From the NCBI GenBank assembly GCA_963812605.1, contig CAWEWF010000006.1, positions 320,001 to 384,000 of the forward strand: a stretch of 64,000 nt of DNA, written 5' to 3'. How positions within the stretch are numbered: position 1 is the first letter of the stretch; each line of letters starts with the position of its first letter. Under the pieces are notes generated by a model that had not been told where the DNA came from, made no database searches, and saw only the letters and a program-made list of their open reading frames with translations. Of the stretch, positions 41,004 through 50,977 are shown in pieces. The DNA comes from an uncultured Verrucomicrobiae bacterium. Lineage in GTDB: Bacteria > Verrucomicrobiota > Verrucomicrobiia > Palsa-1439. The translations under genes were made by a program, and so were the position numbers.

Positions 41004-41894
41004 TTATTCAACACCGCTCTTATCCGCGCGGACGATGGCTCCCATTGCCTGCGATTGGCCGGGCGCGATGGTGACGGCATTCTGGCGGACATTGCAGGTT
41101 TCGATGCAGAGCATGGATGGCCATTCGTCGTCGCCGAAATCCGGCATCGCCTTGGCTTTGGCAATCCACGGGTTCCACACCACGGTCGCATTCGAGCCGG
41201 TTTTCTCCACCACCAGCCGGCGCTGCCAAGCGGGATCATGGGCCACGCAAGTGGCCTGTGTGCCCAGATAAACGCGATCCGTCTCGGCGATGATGGGAAT
41301 GGGAGCGGCGCCTTCGGTTTCCGTGCGCGGGGTGCCGACAGCCGTAAAATAAGACGCGCCCGCCAATCCTTCAATGCTCACTTGCCGCGCATCGCCGACC
41401 GCCAGATACGTGTGCAGCGCTTCCTCAATGCGGAGCGGCTGGTTGCCCGTGTTTTTCACACGTAGTTCCAAGCCAAGCGTCGTGCTGATTCGCACCCGAT
41501 ACTCCACTTCAAATTCCCCGGGCCACAACGCACGCGTCGCATCGCTGGATACCAAACGCAACCGAACCTCCACGATCCCATCGCTTGCTTGCTCCGCGGA
41601 AACCAGTTCCCATTCCATCAAGCGCGCGAATCCGTGAGCCGGGCCAGGCTGCCCGTCCTGTCGCGCACCGAACCAGGGAAAACAGATCGGCACGCCGCCG
41701 CGGATCGGTTTGCCCGGTTCAAACCAACTCTTTCCGCTCATGAACAGCACCGGTTTCTGTCCGCGCGGCTGGAAATGCGTCACGTGGGCGCCGTGCAGAT
41801 AGATTTCCGCGTCGGCCTGCGGCGTCCGAATTGCCAGGCGCCGCAACCCGCCTTGTCCTTCTTCCATTCGAACGCTATCCGGTAGTTTTTGCAT
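41004..41894 (-). CDS. D-hexose-6-phosphate mutarotase (YeaD-like)
   Basis: GAHVTHF, IRGGVPICFPWFG, HGFAR, ALHTY, VVWNPW. Confidence 0.92.
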   Translation of the reverse strand: MQKLPDSVRMEEGQGGLRRLAIRTPQADAEIYLHGAHVTHFQPRGQKPVLFMSGKSWFEPGKPIRGGVPICFPWFGARQDGQPGPAHGFARLMEWELVSAEQASDGIVEVRLRLVSSDATRALWPGEFEVEYRVRISTTLGLELRVKNTGNQPLRIEEALHTYLAVGDARQVSIEGLAGASYFTAVGTPRTETEGAAPIPIIAETDRVYLGTQATCVAHDPAWQRRLVVEKTGSNATVVWNPWIAKAKAMPDFGDDEWPSMLCIETCNVRQNAVTIAPGQSQAMGAIVRADKSGVE

Positions 41895-41980
41895 CGCGAT
41901 ATGCTACTCAGCCCAGCCGACGCTGCCAATGTTTTTCCCCGGTTCGATCCTTGGTGGCGAGGCAGGTGGGGCGCCATGAC

Positions 41981-42052
41981 CGTAGTGGCGCGGGCGTCTC
42001 GCCCGTTATTTTGAAAGCCAGCAACCAGGCGGGCGAGACGCCCGCCCCACTA
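41981..42052. repeat. GTAG-type REP doublet
   Basis: gtagtggcgcgggcgtctcgcccg...aggcgggcgagacgcccgccccacta. Confidence 0.75.
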
Positions 42053-42155
42053 TTGCAGCACTCGATTTTGGTGGCAGCAGCAAGATGCACTCATCCGTGC
42101 GGCGTCCGTCAATCCCTCCATTGCCTTTCGCGCGCGCGCCGGGTAGGCTGTGGGT

Positions 42156-42569
42156 ATGAGCGCGTTTCCTGTCAGCCCGGAAAAGGAAAGCCAACTGGCC
42201 CAGCGCATGGCCGCGCTGGGCGTGCGCGAAGCGGACATTGAGGAGACGTTTGTCCGCTCGGGCGGTCACGGCGGCCAGAATGTCAACAAGACGTCCACGT
42301 GCGTGATGTTGGTCCACCGTCCAACGCGCCTCCAGGTCAAATGCCAGGATACCCGGCAGCAGGCGCTCAACCGTTTTCTTGCGCGCCGGCTGTTGCTCGA
42401 CAAGATCGAAGCTTTCAAGAAGGGCTTTGTCGATGCCGAGCGCTCCCGCATCGAGAAAATCCGCCGCCAAAAACGCAAGCGCAGCCGTCGCGCCAAACAA
42501 CGCATGCTCGATAACAAGTCCCACCACGCCGCCAAGAAAGAATCACGACGGTCGGTACGGATGGAATAG
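42156..42569 (+). CDS. peptidyl-tRNA hydrolase / release-factor-like protein (ArfB/C12orf65-like)
   Basis: FVRSGGHGGQNVNKTS and basic tail; promoter TTGCCT-17-TAGGCT 6 nt upstream. Confidence 0.9.
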   Translation: MSAFPVSPEKESQLAQRMAALGVREADIEETFVRSGGHGGQNVNKTSTCVMLVHRPTRLQVKCQDTRQQALNRFLARRLLLDKIEAFKKGFVDAERSRIEKIRRQKRKRSRRAKQRMLDNKSHHAAKKESRRSVRME

Positions 42570-42585
42570 GGCCATAAACGAATCA

Positions 42586-43433
42586 TTGCCATCATCTGTT
42601 GCAGTCGAACCACCGGTGACGGGTCGTGTTGCCAGACTGACGGCGACGTTTAGCATTTTCGCGCCCTTGATCGCTATTCTGGTGGGCTTCCTTGGCCATT
42701 TTGTTCATCCGCGTATTCCGGGTATTCGTTTGGTGAAGACTGTCGTCGAGTTGTTGCTGATCGTTTCCGGCCTTGTGTGCGGCGCGGTCGCGCTGGAGGC
42801 AGTCCAGCGACGCGGATACAAGGGCGTATTCGTCAAGGCCCTCATAGGCACTTGTGTCAATGGCCTGCTGGTTTTGCTGACATTCGGCGTTTCAATTCTC
42901 TTCGCTCTTTGGTTGCCGGTTTTCACCCACCACGTCCCTTTGACACCGCAAGGGAAACTTGACAAGGCGACGAGCGAATTGGCGACGGCATCCACGGATG
43001 AGAAGAGGTTCTACGCTTTGGACGATGCCGCCAAGCAGAGTTTTGAAACCGGCAAGATCGAGGATGCCCAAAAATATGCCACGGAATTGTTGGCGCTGGC
43101 TCCGAATTTCCAAGGGAATTGGAATTATGGCAACGCCATTCAAGATGGGAATCTCGTGCTTGGACGCATCGCGGTACGGGAGGGGCGAATGGAAGAGGCG
43201 AAAAAGTATTTGCTCGAAGCCGGAAGAGCCCGGGCTCTCCGCAGATGGACAGTTTTGGCCCGAACGTGAGCCTGGCCAAGGACCTACTGGAAAAAGGCGA
43301 ACGCGACACGGTCCTGCAATATTTCGAGCTTTGCCGCAAATTTTGGACGATGGATTACGGCAAGTTGGATGAGTGGAGCAAAGCCGTGAAGGCTGGCGAG
43401 GTTCCTGACTTCGGCGCGAACCTGGTTTATTGA
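42586..43433 (+). CDS. membrane-anchored TPR-like protein (frameshift near 43228)
   Basis: Three TM segments, then WNYGNAI..GRIA..YLLEAG and SPQMDSFGPN..YFELCRKFW. Confidence 0.7.
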
Positions 43434-43677
43434 GGGTGCGCCGCTCGCGGAAGAAAAACTCTGAATCCCCCGCACGTGGGGGCACGTGGCCTACAACTGA
43501 ACCTAAGAGCGGGAGCCGCGGTCAGCGCCCGCCTGCGTGGCCGAAGCCACTTCGTCGCGGCGAAGGCCCGCGGCTACGACGCTACCCATCACAGGCAGGG
43601 ACGCCTGTGCCACCAACGACTTCCTGGGGCTATTCGCATTGACGCGGGGCGGGTGCGCTTTCATGCTGGTTGCCTGA

Positions 43678-44970
43678 ATGAGTTCACGACGGGTCATGGT
43701 GGTGGGCGGGGGCGCGGCCGGGTTTTTTGCGGCGATCACTTGCGCGGAGGCGATGCCGCAGGCGGAGGTGACCATCCTGGAGAAGTCGGCGCAGTTTTTG
43801 TCGAAAGTCCGCATCTCCGGGGGCGGGCGTTGCAACGTGACGCACGCTTGTTTCGATGCGCGGGAGTTTACGACGCGATTTCCGCGCGGGGAACGGGCGT
43901 TGATCGGGCCGCTCCAGCGATTTCAGGCGAGCGATACGGTTGCGTGGTTCGAAAAACGGGGCGTGAAACTCAAGACCGAGGATGACGGACGGATGTTTCC
44001 CATCAGCGATTCGTCGGAGACGATCATCGATTGCCTGGTCCGTGCGGCCAGGGCGGCGGGCGTGAAGCTCGTGACGCGCTGCGGCGTGGAGCTCGCGACA
44101 AGGCGGGCGGGACGCCCGTTCGAACCGGAGAATGAGGGGGAACTTGCGACGAGGCGGGCGGGACGCCCGCCCCACTACGGATTTGAACTGACGCTGACGA
44201 ATGGCGAGACGTTGGGGTGCGACCGGTTGCTATTGGCGACGGGCGGGTGCCGCACGGTGGCGGCGGGGCAGTTGGCGGTTTCGCTCGGGCACACTTTGGA
44301 AGCGCCGGTGCCGTCGTTGTTCACGTTCCACTCGGCAACGGCGTGGCTGCGGGATTTGGCGGGGATTTCGGTCGAGTCGGTGGAGGCATCCGTGCCGGGC
44401 GAGCGATTGCGGGAACGGGGCGCGCTGCTGGTGACGCACACGGGATTGAGCGGGCCGGTGATCCTGCGTCTCTCAGCGTGGGGCGCTCGGGCGTTGCATG
44501 ACCGCGATTATCGATTCGCGCTGCATTTGAATTGGCTGCCGCACCTCGGCGCGGACGGGATTGCGGCGGAGTTGAACGCGCGTCGCAAACAACAGCCGGC
44601 CAAGCTGGTGATCAATACGCCGATTGCTCCCCTACCCGCCCGGCTGTGGGAGCGGTTGGTCCTGACGGCGGGAGTCGAACCGGACACGCGCTGGTCGCGC
44701 CTGACCCGCGCGGCGCAACATCGGCTGGTCCAGCAATTAATCCGCACCGAAGCGGAAATAAGAGGAAAGAGCTTGAACAAGGAGGAATTTGTCACCTGCG
44801 GCGGGGTGCGTTTGCGCGAGGTGAATTTCAAGACGATGGAGAACCGGATTTGTCCGGGCCTCTACTTCGCGGGCGAGTTGCTGGACATCGACGGCATCAC
44901 CGGCGGGTTCAATTTCCAGTCGGCCTGGACGACCGGCCGGCTGGCCGGGCGGGCGCTGGCGGGGGATTAG
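43678..44970 (+). CDS. HI0933/YhiN (BaiN-like) flavoprotein with repeat insertion
   Basis: GGGAAG, KVRISGGGRCNVT, LLATGG, FVTCGGV, GELLDIDGITGGFNFQSAW. Confidence 0.93.
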   Translation: MSSRRVMVVGGGAAGFFAAITCAEAMPQAEVTILEKSAQFLSKVRISGGGRCNVTHACFDAREFTTRFPRGERALIGPLQRFQASDTVAWFEKRGVKLKTEDDGRMFPISDSSETIIDCLVRAARAAGVKLVTRCGVELATRRAGRPFEPENEGELATRRAGRPPHYGFELTLTNGETLGCDRLLLATGGCRTVAAGQLAVSLGHTLEAPVPSLFTFHSATAWLRDLAGISVESVEASVPGERLRERGALLVTHTGLSGPVILRLSAWGARALHDRDYRFALHLNWLPHLGADGIAAELNARRKQQPAKLVINTPIAPLPARLWERLVLTAGVEPDTRWSRLTRAAQHRLVQQLIRTEAEIRGKSLNKEEFVTCGGVRLREVNFKTMENRICPGLYFAGELLDIDGITGGFNFQSAWTTGRLAGRALAGD

Positions 44971-44996
44971 AACCTATCTCGTAAATGTTCACAGAC

Positions 44997-45166
44997 AGCG
45001 GGCTGGGCCAGCCCGCCCTACCAAAGTCGCGGTATCTGGCGTGTAGCCACGGCTCTTCGAGCCGTGTGTTTGAGAGTCGTGGTCGAAGCGCGCCTCACAG
45101 AGGCGCGGCTACACCGGCCCGCGCCCACCGCCCGCGGCGGACGGCAACGGGGCCCGTTGCCCTACA
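44997..45166. repeat. mosaic cluster of different GTAG/CTAC-tagged palindromes
   Basis: gcgggctgggccagcccgccctacc; gtagccacggctcttcgagccgtg; cgcgcctcacagaggcgcggctaca; ggcaacggggcccgttgccctaca. Confidence 0.75.
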
Positions 45167-45289
45167 AGACGGATCGCCACAAGTGCGGGAGAAATTGTAC
45201 CACTGTCGATTAAAAATCCAAATTGACTTGGTTGGAAGTAGCAAGCATCATGCGGACGGTCCAAGCCAGTTGCACCCAGAGATCATCAA

Positions 45290-45796
45290 ATGCCGAAACT
45301 GCACATCATGTCGGGTCAGTTGGAGGGGAAGGTTTTTGACCTGCTCGAGGAGCGCGTGACGATCGGGCGCGGGCTGGACAACCTGATTCGCATGGAGGAT
45401 GGCACGATGTCGCACCACCACGCGATGTTCGTCCTCGAAGCCGACGGCTACAAGCTGCGCGATCTCAACTCGACCAACGGCACGCGCGTCAACGGGATGC
45501 GCATCGCCGAGACGAAGTTGAACAATGGCGACGCGGTGCGCATGGGCTCGGTCGAGATGCGGTTCGAGGCCGACATGAAGAAAGCGAGCCAGCCGTTGCC
45601 GCCGACGCAAACGGGTGTGGACATCACGCAGGTCGGCAAAGGGGGCGGGCCGCCCCCGGCGTTTGGCTCGTCCTCCCCGTTCGGTCGCAAGAAAACTGGT
45701 GGCGCCAACATCTGGTTGTGGGTGATGCTCGGCCTCGGCGCGGTTGCGGTCCTGGTCTTGGGTTGGTTCGTCTACAAGTTTTTCCAGTTGAGCTAG
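45290..45796 (+). CDS. FHA domain membrane protein
   Basis: TIGRG, SHHHA, DLNSTNGT; C-terminal TM. Confidence 0.92.
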   Translation: MPKLHIMSGQLEGKVFDLLEERVTIGRGLDNLIRMEDGTMSHHHAMFVLEADGYKLRDLNSTNGTRVNGMRIAETKLNNGDAVRMGSVEMRFEADMKKASQPLPPTQTGVDITQVGKGGGPPPAFGSSSPFGRKKTGGANIWLWVMLGLGAVAVLVLGWFVYKFFQLS

Positions 45797-45803
45797 GGCG
45801 CGT

Positions 45804-46148
45804 CGTGAGCGGACGGCAAAGCTGCGACGAGTCGCAGCACTCCAAAGAGGAACGACGGCAACCGGGCCGGTTGCCCTGCAATCTCGGCAGGCCAACAGGC
45901 GGTCCCGCGACGGCGGGATCCCGAGGACGGGAGACGCCTGTTCAACCCGGAGCGCGGCGACAGAGCGGCGCGGCTCATAGAGCCGCTCGTGGTGAAGACT
46001 CGCGATGAACCGCGGCTACACCGGGCGGGGCGACGCGACTTTTCGACCTGGAAATTTCCCTCGAAAACCGCAAGCGGGACGCTCGCGCTACTTCAGCCAC
46101 TTGGCGGCTTGTTGGGCCCAGTAGATGAGGATGATGTCGGCGCCGGAG
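45804..46148. repeat. copy 1 of a duplication (REP blocks plus hemB 3' end)
   Basis: 45804-45857 matches 47478-47530, 46034-46091 matches 47613-47669, and 46088-46148 matches 47716-47776 with 1 mismatch. Confidence 0.88.
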
Positions 46149-46246
46149 TGAGGAAAACTGGTTCGTGTCAAAGAGAATCTGTCCAGAGTACAGAGTTGAC
46201 TCCGATTAGGAGACTCCGATTAGGAGAATAAACCGAACCTGAATAG

Positions 46247-47163
46247 TTACATCTTTTGAAGGGCCGCCAGGGTCGTCCGCACATCCTCCAGCGAACCGAC
46301 CACCACGAAGACATGGTAACTGAAATCGTCCGATAAGCCATCCGGGTTTTGCAAACGGAAAATGCAGTTCCATTTCACGACCCGATAGGCTTTCATATTC
46401 CAGCGGCCATAAGTGGGTCCGCGCCCATCCCGCAGCGCCTCCGCCCCAGAAAAAACGCCCATGGCGTACTTTCCATCGGCGGTGGAAAAGACCAGCGGCA
46501 GCGCTTGCTCGCCGGGCCCATTATCGATGGGGGCAAGCTTCCCGGTTTTCGGATCAAAGACTTGAAATTGATCGAACTCCGGCGGCATGTAACCGGTCAG
46601 CACTTCGATAACACAGCGCGTGTTGCGGTCCTCGGCGGCGAGAGAAACCGTGACCTGGTAGTCGATGGCGTGCGGCAAGTTCTTGCGGCCGATCACCACC
46701 CGTTTGCGCAGACGATCATTGGAAAGAATGGTTTTGTTACGCGCGGGTTTTCCGCCGGAGTCTTGCCCGGATTCAACCAGAAAGCGGGCTGACTGAAGGT
46801 CTCAAGCTGATTTCCGCGAGCCTGGATTTCCAGCAATCGACTCGACGAGGCGGCGCCGCGGTCGTCATCAAGCGAGCCGGCCTCCGTCGGGTTGAACGTC
46901 TCGTCGGCGATGGGCTCTACCCCCGCGTTGCCATTCCAACACGTCTGCAACTCCCGGCCGTGGTCCGAGTCATCAATGAACTCCTTGCCACCCCATTGCA
47001 AGGACTCAATCGCCCCAGCCGTCCGCGAGGTGGTCTTGATCACGATCTCCGAGCCCCCAACCGGCGCCCGAATGACCGCGTCGCCGCTAACCACCGGAGC
47101 CCCCACCAGCGCGATCGGCAGCATGACAAAAACGATAGAGCAGCGGACGACGACGTAAGACAA
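46247..47163 (-). CDS. secreted hypothetical protein (frameshift near 46750)
   Basis: WGGKEFIDDSDHGRELQ, FNPTEAGS, EVLTGYMPPEF, VVKWNCIFR; start approximate. Confidence 0.7.
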
Positions 47164-47189
47164 AACGGTCTCGCCGGTGATGACGCGCT

Positions 47190-47408
47190 TCAGCGCGCCG
47201 ATGATTTGTCGCGGATCGAACACAAGAGGCGCTGCTCCTTGGCTTTGCGGTCGGTTTTCGGCCATTGGCCGCGGGCTTCGACTTCGCGGAGCGCAGCCAT
47301 CAAGGTTTCGACACGCTCCTCCAGGGGTTTGCCGCAGACGACAGCGGCGTCTCGTCTAACTCGGCTTGCGGAGGTTCCGCCAATGGTTTCGTCGAGGTGC
47401 AGGTTCAT
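47190..47408 (-). CDS. small hypothetical protein
   Basis: 72-aa ORF MNLHLDET..LEERVETLMAALREVE. Confidence 0.35.
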   Translation of the reverse strand: MNLHLDETIGGTSASRVRRDAAVVCGKPLEERVETLMAALREVEARGQWPKTDRKAKEQRLLCSIRDKSSAR

Positions 47409-47715
47409 GGGGGAAATGATAACATGCTGACGGCAAGGACGGAAGTGGAATTGGGGGCACCGCTCATATTCAGGCGGCGTGAGCGGACGGCAAAGCTGCG
47501 ACGAGTCGCAGCACTCCAAAAGGAACGACGCGGAAGGCGTGACTCCGATCTCGGCTTGGCTCAGGACAGGGAGCTGCGGCTACACGGCAGGGCGGTCATA
47601 ATTCGAGGCTGGCGCGACTTTTCGACCTGGAAATTTCCTCGAAAACCGCAAGCGGGACGCTCGCGCTACCGTGAGGATGACCGCGGCCCGGGGACGACCA
47701 AGCGGGACGCTCGCG

Positions 47716-48761
47716 CTACTTCAGCCACTTGGCGGCTTGTTGGGCCCAGTAGGTGAGGATGATGTCGGCGCCGGAGCGGCGGAAGCCGGTGAGCATTTCC
47801 AGGACGGCTTGTTTTTCGTCGAGCCAGCCATTTTGGGCGGCGGCTTTGAGCATGGCGTATTCGCCGCTGACGTTGTAGCAGGCGACGGGATAGCGGAACT
47901 TTTCTTTCACGCGCCAGATCAGGTCCTGATAGCCGAGCGCGGGCTTGACCATCACGATGTCGGCGCCTTCCTGGATGTCGAGCGCGACTTCGCGCAGCGC
48001 TTCCTCGGCGTTGGCGTAATCCATCTGGTAGGTGCGGCGGTCGCCGAATTGCGGCGGCGATTCGGCGGCTTCGCGGAACGGGCCGTAATACGCGGACGCA
48101 AATTTCGCCGCGTAACTCATGATCGGCGTGTCGGCAAAACCGGTTTCGTCGAGCGCCGCGCGGATGGCGGCGACACGTCCGTCCATCATGTCGCTCGGGG
48201 CGATGATGTCGGCGCCGGCCGCGGCGTAGGCGACGGAGGATTTTGCGAGCAGGCTGAGCGTGGCGTCGTTGTCTACTTTGAATTCACAGGCAGGGACGCC
48301 TGTGCCACGACTTGCTGATTTTGAGGCGGCGGCGCCGGCGCCACTGGATCGTGAAGTTTTGCGGACGACGCCGCAGTGGCCGTGGCTCATGTATTCGCAG
48401 AGGCAGACGTCGCAGATGACGATGAGTTCGGGCAATTCTTTTTTCAGGGCGCGGACGGCTTTGGGGATGATGCCGTTCGCGGCGTAGGCGCCGCTCGCTT
48501 TTTCGTCCTTCTTGTCGGGGATGCCGAAGAGAATCACGGCGGGGATGCCGAGCTTCGCGGTTCGCTCGGATTCTTTCACGAGTTCATCGACGGAAAGCTG
48601 GAACTGGCCGGGCATGGAGCTGATCGGTTTGCGGAGGCGCGAGCCTTCGCGCACGAACAGCGGCAGGACGAGGTCGCTGACCGACAATTCCGTTTCGCGG
48701 ACCAGCGCGCGGAGTTGTGGGTTTTGACGAGCCGGCGCGGGCGATAGATCGGAAAGCGCAT
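47716..48761 (-). CDS. hemB: porphobilinogen synthase (frameshift near 48730; in-frame REP insertion)
   Basis: RPRRL..LVRET, DVCLCEYMSHGHCG, APSDMMDGRV, FYG-like YYGPFREA, MVKPA, YNVSGEYAM. Confidence 0.96.
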
Positions 48762-48764
48762 GGT

Positions 48765-49452
48765 TCATCCCTGGACGAGGCGCGGTTCCGCCTCGCGAAT
48801 CAGGGCGATAATATCGTCGGGCAGCTTCGCGGCCATCGAGTTGGAGCGGAAGTCCCGTTGTTCACCAGTCGCAGAGGCGTGAGAGCAATTGCAGGTGCTG
48901 GCGCACGTTCGGCGCGCAGAGCAGAAAGAAATGATAAACGGGTTTGCCGTCCAGCGCGCCGAAATCTACGCCCTGGTTGTGCCTTCCGTAGGCGAGGACG
49001 GGCGCTCGACGAGACCGACGAGGGCATTGCGGGCGTGCGGGATGGCGACGCCTTCGGTGATGCAGGTGGGGCACAAATCTTCGCGGGACTTGAGGGCCTG
49101 GAACAGCGTGTCGAAAAAACGTTCTTCACGCGGGTCGAGGACCAGCGCGCACAATTCGCGCAAGACACCGTTTTGTCGGGGGCGGCGAGGTTGAGATTGA
49201 TGCGCGCGGGGGCGATGACGTTGGCGACGGTCAGGCGCGGCAGGCCGGTGGCTTCGGGCGGAAATTCTTTTTCGTCCATCGGGATGTCGTCGCGGTTGGT
49301 CATCCAGAAGTCGATTGCAGTGCGCTGGAAGCGCCATTGGCGTGCCAGTTTTGCGCGGGAAGGCGGCCTTCCTGCGCGATGCGGCTGACGGTCTTTTCGT
49401 TCAGGCGGAGGTATTCGGAAACCTCTTTGAGCGTCATGATTTCGGTTTCCAT
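48765..49452 (-). CDS. ptsN: excisionase-type HTH fused to PTS EIIA (PtsN-like), several frameshifts
   Basis: IMTLKEVSEYLRLNEKTV..GRLPA..QWRF; SREDLCPTCITEGVAIPHAR; GVDFGALDGKPVYHFFLL..HLQLLSRL. Confidence 0.8.
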
Positions 49453-49664
49453 GGACGCGAAGATAGTACGGCGAGGGTGCGCGTTGCGCAAGCGGTGAAA
49501 CTGCAAATGGGTTCACATGCGGCGCGGTCGGGAGACCGTACGCCTGAACAGGAGGCAAAGAGAAGGCTACACCGGGCGGGGCGGCTACAACGGCACAGCG
49601 GCAAGCGAGCGTCTTTGCCCTACAAATCTCGGCAACGGCGGGCGGGACGCCTACCCCATGCTAT

Positions 49665-50282
49665 TCAGAATTTGCGCTCGTAACTGCGGATGACGCCGAT
49701 GACTTTGCCGAGGATGCGCGTGTCGCCGTCGACGGGGATGGGCTGGTAGCGGGGTCGGCGGGTTGGAGCCAGAGCTTGCTGTTGCGGCGTTCGAGACGTT
49801 TGACGGTGGATTCGCCGTCGACGAGGGCGACGACGATCTCGCCGGCCTCGGCGTGGGCTTGGGCGCGCACGACGACCAGGTCGTCTTCACAGATGCCGGC
49901 TTCGATCATCGAATCGCCATGGACTTTGAGCGCGAAGACTTTTGGCCCGCGAATTCTTCGGTCAGGTCGAGCGAGCCTTCGATGTTTTCCTCGGCGAGGA
50001 GCGGGCCGCCGGCGGGGACGCGGCCGAGGATGGGCATGGGCGGAATTCGGCGCGGAGAATTTTCGGCCAGTTGCGCGGGACAAGGCCGCGGGATTTGCCG
50101 GGGAGTTTTTTGAGGTAATTTTTTGTTTCGAGGGCGTTGAGGTGATCGCGGGCGGTCCCGGTCGAGCGGTAGCCGAAGGCGTGGCAGATTTCGCGGATGG
50201 TGGGCGGGCGGCCGCTGCCGCGGATGTTGTCGAGGATGTAGGTGAGGAGCTTTTGTTGCGGCGGTGTGAGCGGTTCCTGCAT
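49665..50282 (-). CDS. lexA: LexA repressor (frameshifted)
   Basis: LTPPQ..GRPPTIREIC, PILGRVPAGGPL cleavage site, GDSMI, TVKRL, ILGKVIGVIR. Confidence 0.92.
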
Positions 50283-50287
50283 GAGAA

Positions 50288-50317
50288 TGCCATACCACAC
50301 AGATGTGTGGTATGGCA
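50288..50317. promoter_or_regulatory. perfect 13-bp inverted repeat over the lexA promoter (candidate operator)
   Basis: TGCCATACCACAC-AGAT-GTGTGGTATGGCA, 5 nt upstream of the lexA ATG. Confidence 0.7.
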
Positions 50318-50467
50318 AGAGGAAAAGAAATCGAGGGGAGAAGCGAGGAGCGTGGAGAGGGGAGTGCCATGAATCCCCGCCGGGCGTTTCCTACAGGATA
50401 CAGGTGACGGGGCCTAACGCTTCGGCGAGCCGCAAGCAAGATGGCCACCAAGGTTTCGAACCAATTC

Positions 50468-50848
50468 TTAGGCGGCGGCGAGGGCGCCGGAGATGGCGCG
50501 GTCGAGTTCGGAGACGTGAAGGGTTTTTCGACGGAGCCCGGCGCCGGCTTCGCGGGCTTCCAATTCGGTGGTGCGGCTGCCGGTGACGATGACAACCTTT
50601 GCCTGGGGGCTGCTCTTGGAAAGGAGCGTGGTGCAGGTGAGGCCGTCCATGAGGGGCATGCGGACATCCATGACGACGAGGTCAGGATGCATGTGGGCGC
50701 ACTTGTCGATGGCGTCCTGGCCGTTGGTGGCGAAGCCGATCACTTCGTGGCCGAGGTGTTCGAGCACCAGGCGGAGCGCGAAGCGAACGGAATCCGTATC
50801 ATCTGCAATCAAGACTTTCATCGTGCTTGTTGATTTAGCACTGGGCAT
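50468..50848 (-). CDS. single-domain response regulator
   Basis: KVLIADD, PDLVVMDVRMPLMDG, VIVTG. Confidence 0.9.
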   Translation of the reverse strand: MPSAKSTSTMKVLIADDTDSVRFALRLVLEHLGHEVIGFATNGQDAIDKCAHMHPDLVVMDVRMPLMDGLTCTTLLSKSSPQAKVVIVTGSRTTELEAREAGAGLRRKTLHVSELDRAISGALAAA

Positions 50849-50977
50849 GCCACGGCCTTGAAAGCCAGAGAAATTGGGCATTCTAAGGCATAGAAAAGTC
50901 AAAATGGCTCAAAATTGGCCATGTTTGACAAAAAACGAGAGAAAATGTCCCGTTTTGAGGGCTGGCGGTCCGAGGGG

